A stretch of 25,281 nt of DNA from Polaromonas sp. (GCA_043764955.1 JAYUJX010000355.1:1-25281); one strand, 5' to 3'. Positions 6,424 to 14,280 are shown, counted from the first letter of the stretch. Numbers and translations are program-made. The notes: generated from the letters alone by a model not told the origin.

Positions 6424-8273
6424 GCGGCTGAGCTTTCTTCGTACAACTCGATTGACTTGGTGGGTAATATCGTCACAAAAGGCATACCGAGCGCGTTGTA
6501 CAGCTCGACCGACCACGAATTGCTACCAAGCATGCCGACAACTCTTCCCACGCGCCCTTTGTGCTTGCCGTCTAATACGACGACGGCGGAGTTTATTGCC
6601 AATGCACCTGCCGCCGCCTCTGAACCCTCAAGCGCAGCGCCAGTGGGTTCAGCTTCAATGCTCTGCATCGCAGCAGCGATGCCTGATATTGCTTCCTGCT
6701 CAGTGGTCTTCACTTTGCGCGAAGCGCCAGTGGGTTTTGATTTTTTAGCGCTAGCATCTCCCGTATCTATGGCTGCGCCAGCGGGTGGTGGGGTAGAAGT
6801 GGTTTTTGGCGCTGAGGTTTCGCCTTTTTTCGCCTTGATTTGCTTGTTAATGTCGGCGATTTTGGCTTTTGTTTCAGCTTTTAATTGGTCGGCGGCTTCA
6901 TCGCGCACTGGTTCTAGGTCGATTTCATACGCGGTTGCAAATGTATTTAGTAGCAATGTCTCGGTTTCAATATTATTGCTGTTAACCTCTGATCGCAGCA
7001 TGATGGCTGCCATGTAGCGGTAAATGTCGGCATCATCAGCGCGACCAATGCGCAACTTGCATGCAAGTTCGTATTCTGCAAAACTGACTTTATCGCCTTT
7101 TGGAGCCATGTCCAGCACGACAGCTAGGTCTTCAGCGTTCCACATTTCAATGTATTGTTGTAGCCAGCGCCGTAGCAGCTCGACAGGTAACAATGATGGC
7201 GCGTTGTCGGCAGGGTAGTTGTAAATGAAGTCAATCAGTGTGTCATAGCAGGCATTGGCTTGAGCGCGGCTGGTTTCAATTGCTGCTCGGTTTCGCAGCG
7301 TCTCAATGTCGCGCTGGGTGGCTTCTTCCGTTCGGGTTTGCGCCCGCGCATCTTGTGCCAACGTTGACTCTAGCCCTAAACCTTGCTGCTCATCCACATT
7401 GCGGTTACTGGCCTTGGGTATGGCTGCTACCTGCGCAGCCAAGGCGTCTTTGTGGGCTTGGGCTTTAAGGTGGTAGCAGGGGGGGTCTATGCACATGTCT
7501 GCACTTTTGACGTCGGTAAATAGATCCGGGTTTGCTCTTGTGCGCTTGCTGCAGGTGCTGCATGCGCCGGCTGCGGAGACTAGATTGGCAAATTCAATGG
7601 GGAAGTTGGCATACTGCAAATTGAGCATCACATTGCGCTGTGCCCACTGGCTGAATGTGCGGTAGCTGGGCTTGTCGCCATCGCCATCGGGCGCGACGGC
7701 GAAGGCTAGGGCTTTGGCTTGCAGGGCATCGTTGGGGATACGGGCGATCAGCTCGGCCACGCTGGCTGTGAGGCCTTGTTCACGTATGGCTAGCTTGGCG
7801 GTGGGGGAAAGTTTTAGCAGCTTGAGGCTGTTGTAGACAAAGGTGCGGGACTTACCGATTTTCTCGGCCACTTGATCGGCGGTGAGGTGGCTGTGGTCCA
7901 TGAGGGTTTGATAACCCTCGGCGGCTTCAAGCGCACTCAAGTCGTCGCGCTGCAGATTTTCAATAATTTGGACTTCTAGAACTTGCTCGTCTGTAAGCTC
8001 ACGAATAATGGCGGGTATAGTGTCCGCTTTGGCGATGACGCTGGCACGGTAGCGGCGCTCACCCGCGACGATTTCATATTCAGGGCGCGGTTTTATGTGT
8101 GCCGTGTCCAGCAGCCGTTGCGCTGGCAGTTGTCGCACTAATATGGCCTGATGTACGCCACTGGCTGCAATGCTAGTAGCCAGTTCTTTGAGTTTGACAG
8201 GGTCAAACGTTTTGCGCGGGTTGGTCGGGCTGGCAACCAGCGCGGTAAGGAAGAGGTTTTGAAATTGGTTCAT
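6420..8273 (-). CDS. parB: ParB/RepB/Spo0J family protein, long form (617 aa)
   Basis: NPRKTFD...LKELATSI...GVHQAILVR, YEIVAGERRYRAS (CTP-binding box), IIENLQRDDL..LE.AEGY, HTH (TADQVAEKIGKSRTFVYNSLKLL), then CSTC...C.DPPCY. Confidence 0.92.
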   Translation of the reverse strand: MNQFQNLFLTALVASPTNPRKTFDPVKLKELATSIAASGVHQAILVRQLPAQRLLDTAHIKPRPEYEIVAGERRYRASVIAKADTIPAIIRELTDEQVLEVQIIENLQRDDLSALEAAEGYQTLMDHSHLTADQVAEKIGKSRTFVYNSLKLLKLSPTAKLAIREQGLTASVAELIARIPNDALQAKALAFAVAPDGDGDKPSYRTFSQWAQRNVMLNLQYANFPIEFANLVSAAGACSTCSKRTRANPDLFTDVKSADMCIDPPCYHLKAQAHKDALAAQVAAIPKASNRNVDEQQGLGLESTLAQDARAQTRTEEATQRDIETLRNRAAIETSRAQANACYDTLIDFIYNYPADNAPSLLPVELLRRWLQQYIEMWNAEDLAVVLDMAPKGDKVSFAEYELACKLRIGRADDADIYRYMAAIMLRSEVNSNNIETETLLLNTFATAYEIDLEPVRDEAADQLKAETKAKIADINKQIKAKKGETSAPKTTSTPPPAGAAIDTGDASAKKSKPTGASRKVKTTEQEAISGIAAAMQSIEAEPTGAALEGSEAAAGALAINSAVVVLDGKHKGRVGRVVGMLGSNSWSVELYNALGMPFVTILPTKSIELYEESSAA

Positions 8274-8285
8274 GGTGTCGTTCTG

Positions 8286-8825
8286 TTATTTGCTTAATCC
8301 GTTGTTTTTTTCGATAGCAAGGTATTCGCGCCACGGCACTTTTTTGCCGTTGACATTAAAGCCCCACTCGCCGCGCTGCTTCCATGTTATGAAAATGGTG
8401 TAAACGCCGCCGTCTGTCACATAGTTAATGCGGTGATACTCTTCAAATCGCAGGGTTGCTGTGTCACCTGGTATTCGGACAAAATGTGTGCCGCTACGAT
8501 CTTCGGTGTAGCCACCTTGCAGCACAATGGTGCGGGCGTTCCATGGGTGATCGTGGTGGTGGCGGTCTTGGTCTTTTATAAGGATGTGATGAACGCGAAT
8601 AGATGGTAACCAACCCCAGCCAAAGCGCTTGGTTGCACCGCTTGCAGGGTATGGGTTAAACAGCCAATAGCGCATCATGTAAGCTTCTGTGCCATCAAGA
8701 CTGAGAATGTGACTATAAGGGGTGCGTTTAGCACGCAGAATGAGCCAATCGCGCACAGCGGGACGGCTGGCAAACTTGGCAACCCATGCCCAAAAAGTCA
8801 AGTTAATTATTTTCAAATCATTCAT
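8286..8825 (-). CDS. Cupin-like phage protein (179 aa)
   Basis: IRVHHIL..DQDRHHHDHPW...TIVLQGGYTE...PGD......YHRI...GVYTIFIT...WGF, with His/Glu spacing compatible with a cupin metal site. Confidence 0.65.
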   Translation of the reverse strand: MNDLKIINLTFWAWVAKFASRPAVRDWLILRAKRTPYSHILSLDGTEAYMMRYWLFNPYPASGATKRFGWGWLPSIRVHHILIKDQDRHHHDHPWNARTIVLQGGYTEDRSGTHFVRIPGDTATLRFEEYHRINYVTDGGVYTIFITWKQRGEWGFNVNGKKVPWREYLAIEKNNGLSK

Positions 8826-9058
8826 GCTGGCAATGCCTCAAACTGGTCAAGGCTGCTGGTAATGGCTCGCGCTGACGTTTGGTTGATGGGGTCTTCAGCG
8901 AGTTTGACGGCGGCTTCAAATGCCAAGCGGTAAATGCGGCCAGCGGCGGTATCAAAAGGGTAGGGACAGCAGTCGTTGACGTTGCTGTAGGTCTTGGCGG
9001 CTTCGGTGGCTTCGGCGTCAATTTTGGCGATGGACATGATTTGCATTAGGATTCTCAT
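8822..9058 (-). CDS. Small hypothetical protein with CPYPF motif (possibly Rmf/CrpP-like); start uncertain (9058, 9046 or 9037)
   Basis: EAAKTY...DCCPYPFDTAAGRIYRLAF. ATGA overlap with the next gene at 8822-8825. Confidence 0.6.
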   Translation of the reverse strand: MRILMQIMSIAKIDAEATEAAKTYSNVNDCCPYPFDTAAGRIYRLAFEAAVKLAEDPINQTSARAITSSLDQFEALPA

Positions 9059-9080
9059 AGGGTAAAGTGAAGTGAAGTGG

Positions 9081-9365
9081 TTAATGGATGTTTATTTCAC
9101 GCACTGTAGAAAACAGGACGTATGCATCTTCGGCTTTTGCATCAAAGTCGATGACGCGGCCTTTGAGTAGGTCTTTGGCGCGCGTTTCAGCGTCGCTGTA
9201 GCTGGTGCAGGGAACGGTGATGGTGACACTGTAGGCAACCGTGCCTTTGAGATGCTCTAGCTCAATGCGCAACGCAGGGCTTTCGCGCAAAGTGCGTTGG
9301 CACAAGTGGGTGCGTACCTGGGCGTTAGTTTTGAGTGTGCCTGAGAGGTGTAGCGAGGTTGCCAT
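9081..9365 (-). CDS. Hypothetical protein, possible short OB-fold/SSB-like
   Basis: AGGAG SD. LSGTLKTNAQVRT...PALRIEL...AETRAKDLLKGRVI resembles the SSB G.L..D...R and A..L.KG..V pattern. The ORF is solid; the function is weak. Confidence 0.55.
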   Translation of the reverse strand: MATSLHLSGTLKTNAQVRTHLCQRTLRESPALRIELEHLKGTVAYSVTITVPCTSYSDAETRAKDLLKGRVIDFDAKAEDAYVLFSTVREINIH

Positions 9366-9390
9366 GGTGAACTCCTAAACGTTTATCTTT

Positions 9391-9519
9391 TTATGCAGCG
9401 CTGCATTGAGCCAAAATACCAGCAAGAAAACATGCAAGCCAGAAGCCAATAAGAAATAGCGCCAGCTTTGAGTAATGCTTCATGGCAAGGCGAACAGGGT
9501 GGTTAAGACGGCTTTTCAT
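9391..9519 (-). CDS. 42-aa single-pass membrane peptide (absent from ORF track)
   Basis: Manual translation: MKSRLNHPVRLAMKHYSKLALFLIGFWLACFLAGILAQCSAA-stop. Starts at an ATGA overlap (9516-9519) and fills the gap to the SD of the next gene. Confidence 0.68.
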   Translation of the reverse strand: MKSRLNHPVRLAMKHYSKLALFLIGFWLACFLAGILAQCSAA

Positions 9520-9677
9520 GGTTTGCCGGGTAAAACAAGTTTGTCAGTTTGTACGGCTTGCTTGTTTTTGCTGACGACTTCCATGACCTCTGTTTCCATG
9601 GGTTCTTCAAGCTGCCAAGCCGTGCCTAAGATGATTGCTATTAAAAGAGCAGCAGATAAGTTTAGTGGGTGAAACAT
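9516..9677 (-). CDS. 53-aa N-terminally anchored peptide; start corrected to ATG 9677
   Basis: AGGA SD 9 nt upstream. MFHPLNLSAALLIAIILGTAWQLEEPMETEVMEV... Confidence 0.68.
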   Translation of the reverse strand: MFHPLNLSAALLIAIILGTAWQLEEPMETEVMEVVSKNKQAVQTDKLVLPGKP

Positions 9678-9705
9678 AGTTTTGATTCCTGTTGTTTGGT
9701 TTGAT

Positions 9706-10110
9706 TTATGAAAGTGTTGCGCCGTATCGAGCGCCGCAGTTGTCCACCCAAAACGGCTCGATGTAGACCAAGGGCTCGGCGTTGCGGACGCAGATTGGTG
9801 TTGGATCGGGGTCGATAACAACGATTGGAATTAAAGGCACAGGATAAGGGCTAATAGGACAAATTACAGTGCTGCTTTCTGCGCAGAAAGTAATTGGTGC
9901 TGGTGTTGGTGCTGGTGCTGGTGCTGGCACAGCCACTGGTGCGGGTGCAGGCGTTTGCACGGGGGCGGGGGCAGGGGTTGGTGTGGTTACTGGCGCTGTG
10001 ATGGCAGTGTCTGCACTGCCAATAACCGCATCAGGAAGGCAGTCGCCGCAGGCGGTGAGGGTGAGAACTATGGTTAAAGCTAAAAAAAGGAAAAAAAGTC
10101 GTTTCATCAT
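9706..10110 (-). CDS. Lipoprotein with Pro/Ala/Thr linker and Cys-containing C-terminal part
   Basis: GGAG SD and signal MMKRLFFLFLALTIVLT-LTAC (canonical lipobox). TPTPAPAPVQTPAPAPVAVPAPAPAPTPAP linker. First gene after the leftward promoter. Confidence 0.85.
   Translation of the reverse strand: MMKRLFFLFLALTIVLTLTACGDCLPDAVIGSADTAITAPVTTPTPAPAPVQTPAPAPVAVPAPAPAPTPAPITFCAESSTVICPISPYPVPLIPIVVIDPDPTPICVRNAEPLVYIEPFWVDNCGARYGATLS
9895..9930 (+). repeat. 6 x 6-bp tandem repeat (TGGTGC unit) encoding the Pro-Ala linker on the minus strand
   Basis: tggtgc tggtgt tggtgc tggtgc tggtgc tggcac. Confidence 0.9.
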
Positions 10111-10147
10111 TCACTCCAAATTGCCCGCGAATTGCGGGGTTAATGTG

Positions 10148-10176
10148 ATTATTAGTGACAAGCTAAGCCATGTCAA
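10148..10176 (-). promoter_or_regulatory. Leftward early promoter (PL-like)
   Basis: Minus strand TTGACA (10176-10171), 17 bp, AATAAT (10153-10148). Palindrome TGACA-N10-TGTCA (10156-10175) overlaps the -35. Leader hairpin CCCGC-AATTC-GCGGG precedes the GGAG SD. Confidence 0.85.
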
Positions 10177-10243
10177 TACTTAATACACAATTTTTGCAAA
10201 AAAACAATAAATATTTTTATTTTTGAAAAATACTAGAAAGCTA

Positions 10244-10273
10244 TTGACTTATGATTGCAGAATAACTAATAAT
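10244..10273 (+). promoter_or_regulatory. Rightward early promoter (PR-like), probably giving a leaderless mRNA
   Basis: TTGACT (10244-10249), 18 bp, AATAAT (10268-10273). The ATG at 10280 sits at the expected +1, and there is no SD. Confidence 0.8.
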
Positions 10274-10279
10274 CACCCT

Positions 10280-10525
10280 ATGAAACTTAAACAATGGACT
10301 GATGTAGAGCGCGGACGGCAGGCGAAGCTTGCTCGTGCTTTGGGTGTATCACTACCAACGATGACTCGTTGGGTTAATGGGTTAGATCAAATCCCTGAGG
10401 GCCGCGCTCGTCAAATTGAACGCGCAACAGGCAGCGCCGTGACTATGGAGGATATGCTGCCTGATCTGGCTGAGGAGTTTGCTTATATGCGAACTCGGCC
10501 TGTTTCTTATGCCGCGGCTGCATGA
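10280..10525 (+). CDS. Cro-like / YdaS-family HTH regulator; start corrected to ATG 10280
   Basis: MKLKQW..VERGRQAKLARALGVSLPTMTRWVNG..QIP..RARQIERATG.AVT.EDM.PD matches the Cro/YdaS pattern. First gene of the rightward early operon. Confidence 0.88.
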   Translation: MKLKQWTDVERGRQAKLARALGVSLPTMTRWVNGLDQIPEGRARQIERATGSAVTMEDMLPDLAEEFAYMRTRPVSYAAAA

Positions 10526-10935
10526 CGGCTTACCAGGTCAACCTTGCGCCCAGCGTGACGGTGCGCTTGGGCGCTGTGTATTGCCTACCCAGTGGCCGCT
10601 ATGTGCGGGTGTTGAATCAAACGCGGGTTGATTGGTACGTTGAAACTGTTTGCCAGCGCGAGATGGTGGTGCTGCCGAACGGTACGATGAATTTGACTGG
10701 CCACTTCATTTGGGCGCATGGTAACTTGTGCTGGACAGCTGATCAGTGGGCGGGCCGTATGGCGCGTGTGGCTGACGAGTTGGAAGCGTTGCGTCAAATG
10801 CGTGATCGTCGTGTTTTGGCTGCAGAGCAGGATGTGGCGCGAGCTAAGGCGATTGATGCTGAGTATGCTGCTAAAAAAGCTGCAGAGCTGGCAGAACGCA
10901 AGGCTAACCGCAACATCATGCGCTTGGCGGCTTAA
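10522..10935 (+). CDS. Hypothetical protein (137 aa) in the CII position
   Basis: ATGA overlap with the cro stop. Beta-rich N-half and helical charged C-half. No family recognised. Confidence 0.72.
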   Translation: MTAYQVNLAPSVTVRLGAVYCLPSGRYVRVLNQTRVDWYVETVCQREMVVLPNGTMNLTGHFIWAHGNLCWTADQWAGRMARVADELEALRQMRDRRVLAAEQDVARAKAIDAEYAAKKAAELAERKANRNIMRLAA

Positions 10936-10952
10936 AGCGATCGACACAAGCT

Positions 10953-11195
10953 ATGCACCCACAAGCACACAACAAATTATTGATGGCCGCATTGGTGCGC
11001 TTGCAGCAGTGCGATGTGCCTCATGCTGAACGAACCAGTCCGACGATGCGAGATTTGAGAGAGTCACTTCCCAGTATGAATGATCGCGAGTTTGAAACGA
11101 CTTTTAAAAATCTATGTCGGCGTGAAAAAATACGCGGCATAAACACGGTGACAGTGCCGTATTGCACTCGTAAAGTGGCGGTGTACGGTCTATGA
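10953..11195 (+). CDS. Hypothetical protein (80 aa), possibly winged-helix
   Basis: Tiles between neighbours with an ATGA overlap to the primase (11192-11195). PTMRDLRESL...EFETTFKNLCRREKI pattern. Confidence 0.62.
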   Translation: MHPQAHNKLLMAALVRLQQCDVPHAERTSPTMRDLRESLPSMNDREFETTFKNLCRREKIRGINTVTVPYCTRKVAVYGL

Positions 11196-13900
11196 CCATC
11201 CAGCCACTACACAGCCCGAATGGGCAGGATGCAGCGTCGCCAAGAGCGCCGTTGCCACCCATTAAATTTGATGCACTGGCCAAGGAGCTGTTGAGCCGTG
11301 CTGAATCACTGCTGGAGCAATGGTTGCCTGGTGGTGTGCGCCGTGGGCATGAATACGTTTGTAGCTCAGTGCGTGGGGGCGAGGGCACGAGCTGCTCGGT
11401 CAATGTCAATACAGGCATGTGGTCAGACTTCAGCACGGGCGAAAAGGGTGGCGATTTGATAAGCCTGTATGCGGCTTGCAACGATTTGTCATCAGGCAAA
11501 GCCGCTGTGCAAGTGGCGCGAGATTATGGCTTAGAAGACATTGCTGGTGTGACGCGTGCCCGTGAGGGTGACACGCCTGTGGAGCGTGCGCCCAAGCCGC
11601 TGCCTGAGCCTAAAGCCGCAAAGCCCAAAAGCGATGAAGGCTGGGCGACTGTGCGGCCCGTGCCAGCGACGGCACCAGCGCCTACGTTTTGGCATTTTGA
11701 GCGCAACAGCGACAAGGGCAAAGACATCATCGGCCACACAGCTGAATACCGCGTGGGCGACGATCTGCACGGCTTTGTGGTGCGCTTCATCACCAGCACG
11801 GGTGGCAAAGACACGCTGCCACATACCTGGTGCGTTTCCAGCCGCGACGGCACTGCGCAATGGAAGTGGAAGACGTGGGACGAACCACGGCCACTGTATT
11901 ACCCCAGCCACGCCGCACCCAATGGCCGCACGGTGGTGCTGGTGGAAGGCGAAAAGAAAGCTGATGTGCTGCAGAAGCTGTTAGACGTTACCGCGCCAGA
12001 GGTGTACCACGTTGCCAGCTGGGTGGGTGGGTCGAACGCTTGGAAAAAGGCGGATTGGGCTTGGCTGGCTGGCTGCAATATTTTGCTGTGGCCGGATTGC
12101 GACGGCAAACGCGTGAAGTTGACCACCGCTGAGAAAGCCGCCTGTTTGGATGCGGCTGCGGTTGACATTGCCCAAGCCATGCAGCCGCTGTTGGCGACAC
12201 ACTTGCAACCAGGCATGAAGGCGATGCTGGGCATTGGTGCTGAGCTGCGCGACCTGCATGGTTGCAAGGTGCAAATGCTCAAGATACCTGAGCCTTTGAC
12301 TGTGCCAGACGGTTGGGACTGCGCGGACGCGATTGACGTGGACGGCTGGACGGGTGAGCGCGCGCTGACGTTCTTTAGCACGGCTTATGCCTTGCCCCCA
12401 AGCAAGGACGATAAAGCGGCCGCAGCGGCAACGGGTGGCTCGGGTGGGGGCAACGTCGGAGGCAAAAAAAACGACGGCCCCGTTGACACTGATGGCGGTG
12501 ATGATGCAGCCATGGATGGCTTTGAGCTGATCTCTGGCCGGCAGATACCGACCTGGCTCGTGCCGTATTGGGACAAAGCTAACAAGCGCTGGTTGACGTC
12601 ACGCAAGATGGTGATTTTGATACTTGAGCGCGACGCGGTGCTTGAGTCTATATTGGCTTACAACGAACTATCTAACAACGTGCAAAGCCGCGAGCTGTGG
12701 CCCTGGGCGCATGCGCAATTGGGCGATGTGACTGACGCGGTGGATTTGCTGCTGGGTAAGTACCTAACCGACAAATACGGTTTGCCAAGCATTCCCCGAG
12801 CTGCCTTGAAAGAAGCTATCGAAACGGTGGCACACACGCGGCGCTTTCACCCGATACGTGAGTATTTGGACAGCTTGCCGGTGTTTGCGATAGACGCAGA
12901 CAAAAGCCGCATCGACAACTGGTTGGTGCATGTGATGGGCGAATCGCCCGAGACCTTGAAACCAGCCATGCTGGAATACCTGCGCATTGTGGGCCGCTGC
13001 TGGTTGCTGGGCATGGTGAACCGTGTCATGCAACCAGGCTGCAAGTTTGACTATTGCCCGGTGCTGGAAGGTGTGGGTGGGCTTCGCAAGTCCACACTGG
13101 TGGAGGTGTTGGCATCAACGCCGTTTTTTAGCGACACACCATTTGAGGTGGGCAAGGGCAAAGAAGCGCAGGAACAGGTGCAGGGCTTGTGGTTGTATGA
13201 GATTGCAGAGATGACGCACTTCAGTAAATCTGAGGTCGGTGCGATCAAGGCGTTTATCACATCAAAAATCGACCGCTACCGTGTGGCCTATGGGGCGACG
13301 GTGGGTACGTTTCCGCGCCAATGTGTTCTGGTTGGTACTACCAACGAAAACACCTACCTGCGCGACAGAACCGGAAACCGTCGGTTTTGGCCTGTGCCTG
13401 TTAAAAATGTGATCAACACCGAGTGGCTTCAAAAGTACCGTAACGCGTTGTTTGCTGAGGCTTATGCGCTTTACAAAACCGGCGCACGGTATGTGCCTAC
13501 TCCTGAGCAAGAGTCGCGGCTTTTTGTGCCTATGCAAGAAAGCCGGCTGGTTGAAACGGCTGTGCTGAGCGAGCTGCTGCATGTCTTGACGCGCACAACA
13601 CAGGCAACGGGGATAGCTTCGATAGTTAACGGGTTAACCACCTTTGTGACGATTGCACAGCTCACACTCGCGCTGGGTGTGGACGCGGCCAAGAGCAGCC
13701 CTGCGCTTGAGTCGCAAATACGCGGCTGGCTAGATTTTGAGGGTTGGACGCGCGTAAAGCGTCAGATCAATGGGGCACGGGCTTGGGGGTATGACAGACC
13801 TGCAGGCTGGCCAAAGGTAGAGGAAGCTGAGGATATGACGGTTGCACCACCACCTGTGGTGAAACCAACAACAGAGGACGATGACGATGTGCCATTTTGA
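11192..13900 (+). CDS. Primase-helicase: N-terminal primase/TOPRIM region fused to a VapE (virulence-associated E) ATPase
   Basis: N-terminal GMWSDFSTGEKGGDLISLYA. TOPRIM VVLVEGEKKAD...LLWPDCD..G. Gly-rich linker. VapE motifs F.PIREYL, PGCKFDYCPVLEGVGGLRKST (Walker A), WLYEIAEM (Walker B), GTTN...YLRDRTGNRRFWPV. Confidence 0.93.
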   Translation: MTIQPLHSPNGQDAASPRAPLPPIKFDALAKELLSRAESLLEQWLPGGVRRGHEYVCSSVRGGEGTSCSVNVNTGMWSDFSTGEKGGDLISLYAACNDLSSGKAAVQVARDYGLEDIAGVTRAREGDTPVERAPKPLPEPKAAKPKSDEGWATVRPVPATAPAPTFWHFERNSDKGKDIIGHTAEYRVGDDLHGFVVRFITSTGGKDTLPHTWCVSSRDGTAQWKWKTWDEPRPLYYPSHAAPNGRTVVLVEGEKKADVLQKLLDVTAPEVYHVASWVGGSNAWKKADWAWLAGCNILLWPDCDGKRVKLTTAEKAACLDAAAVDIAQAMQPLLATHLQPGMKAMLGIGAELRDLHGCKVQMLKIPEPLTVPDGWDCADAIDVDGWTGERALTFFSTAYALPPSKDDKAAAAATGGSGGGNVGGKKNDGPVDTDGGDDAAMDGFELISGRQIPTWLVPYWDKANKRWLTSRKMVILILERDAVLESILAYNELSNNVQSRELWPWAHAQLGDVTDAVDLLLGKYLTDKYGLPSIPRAALKEAIETVAHTRRFHPIREYLDSLPVFAIDADKSRIDNWLVHVMGESPETLKPAMLEYLRIVGRCWLLGMVNRVMQPGCKFDYCPVLEGVGGLRKSTLVEVLASTPFFSDTPFEVGKGKEAQEQVQGLWLYEIAEMTHFSKSEVGAIKAFITSKIDRYRVAYGATVGTFPRQCVLVGTTNENTYLRDRTGNRRFWPVPVKNVINTEWLQKYRNALFAEAYALYKTGARYVPTPEQESRLFVPMQESRLVETAVLSELLHVLTRTTQATGIASIVNGLTTFVTIAQLTLALGVDAAKSSPALESQIRGWLDFEGWTRVKRQINGARAWGYDRPAGWPKVEEAEDMTVAPPPVVKPTTEDDDDVPF

Positions 13901-14050
13901 CCAACAGGTCATGGCGCTTGAATCGCGCCGTGCTGCAAACACCACCAGACGCAAGATTGGCAGTGGTGTGCCCGAAGGGCTGAGGGGTGCGCTGCGCCTC
14001 CATTGTGGCGCGGTGGCGGGGATGTCATCGCATGCACCTATGACCTAGCC

Positions 14051-14280
14051 GTGTCCAAGTGTCCAAGGTGGCCAGTGGTTTGCATAGAGATCACCAGCAG
14101 CCCTATATCCCTAAAACTAGGGGTTGAAGCTGCTGCATTGTCTCTTGCAATCTGATAGCTGGTGTCCTTGGTCACTTGCCAAGGCGGGCGGGCACAAGCA
14201 GGCAGGTAGGTGCGCCCGCGCTCGCGTAGGTGTGCGATCAATATATTTACTCTATAGAAAAGGTTGGACAGTATGGACAC
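14051..14280. other. Putative replication origin region: TGTCCA repeats facing TGGACA repeats, with internal hairpins
   Basis: GTGTCCAA x2 (14051-14066), TTGGACA (14264-14270), TGGACAC (14274-14280). Hairpins CCCTA-AAAC-TAGGG (14109-14122) and CCTTGG-N7-CCAAGG (14166-14184). AT-rich patch at 14239-14260. Directly downstream of the primase-helicase. Function is inferred. Confidence 0.5.

Noticed and set aside
9066-9080. AGTGA x3 short repeat
   Set aside because: Too short and imperfect to support any function.
10183-10200. 17/18 match between ATACACAATTTTTGCAAA here and the reverse complement of 15095-15112
   Set aside because: Both sites are very AT-rich and one is inside a coding region. 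About one such match is plausible by chance in 25 kb on two strands.
13911-14048. 45-aa ORF (MALESRRAANTT...) after the primase
   Set aside because: Weak SD, no protein-like features; the sequence is better explained by hairpins. Not excluded.
13901-14260. tRNA or other known RNA gene in the structured intergenic region
   Set aside because: No cloverleaf, T-loop (GTTCRA) or CCA-ended acceptor stem found by eye; no tRNA or rRNA seen elsewhere in the window.
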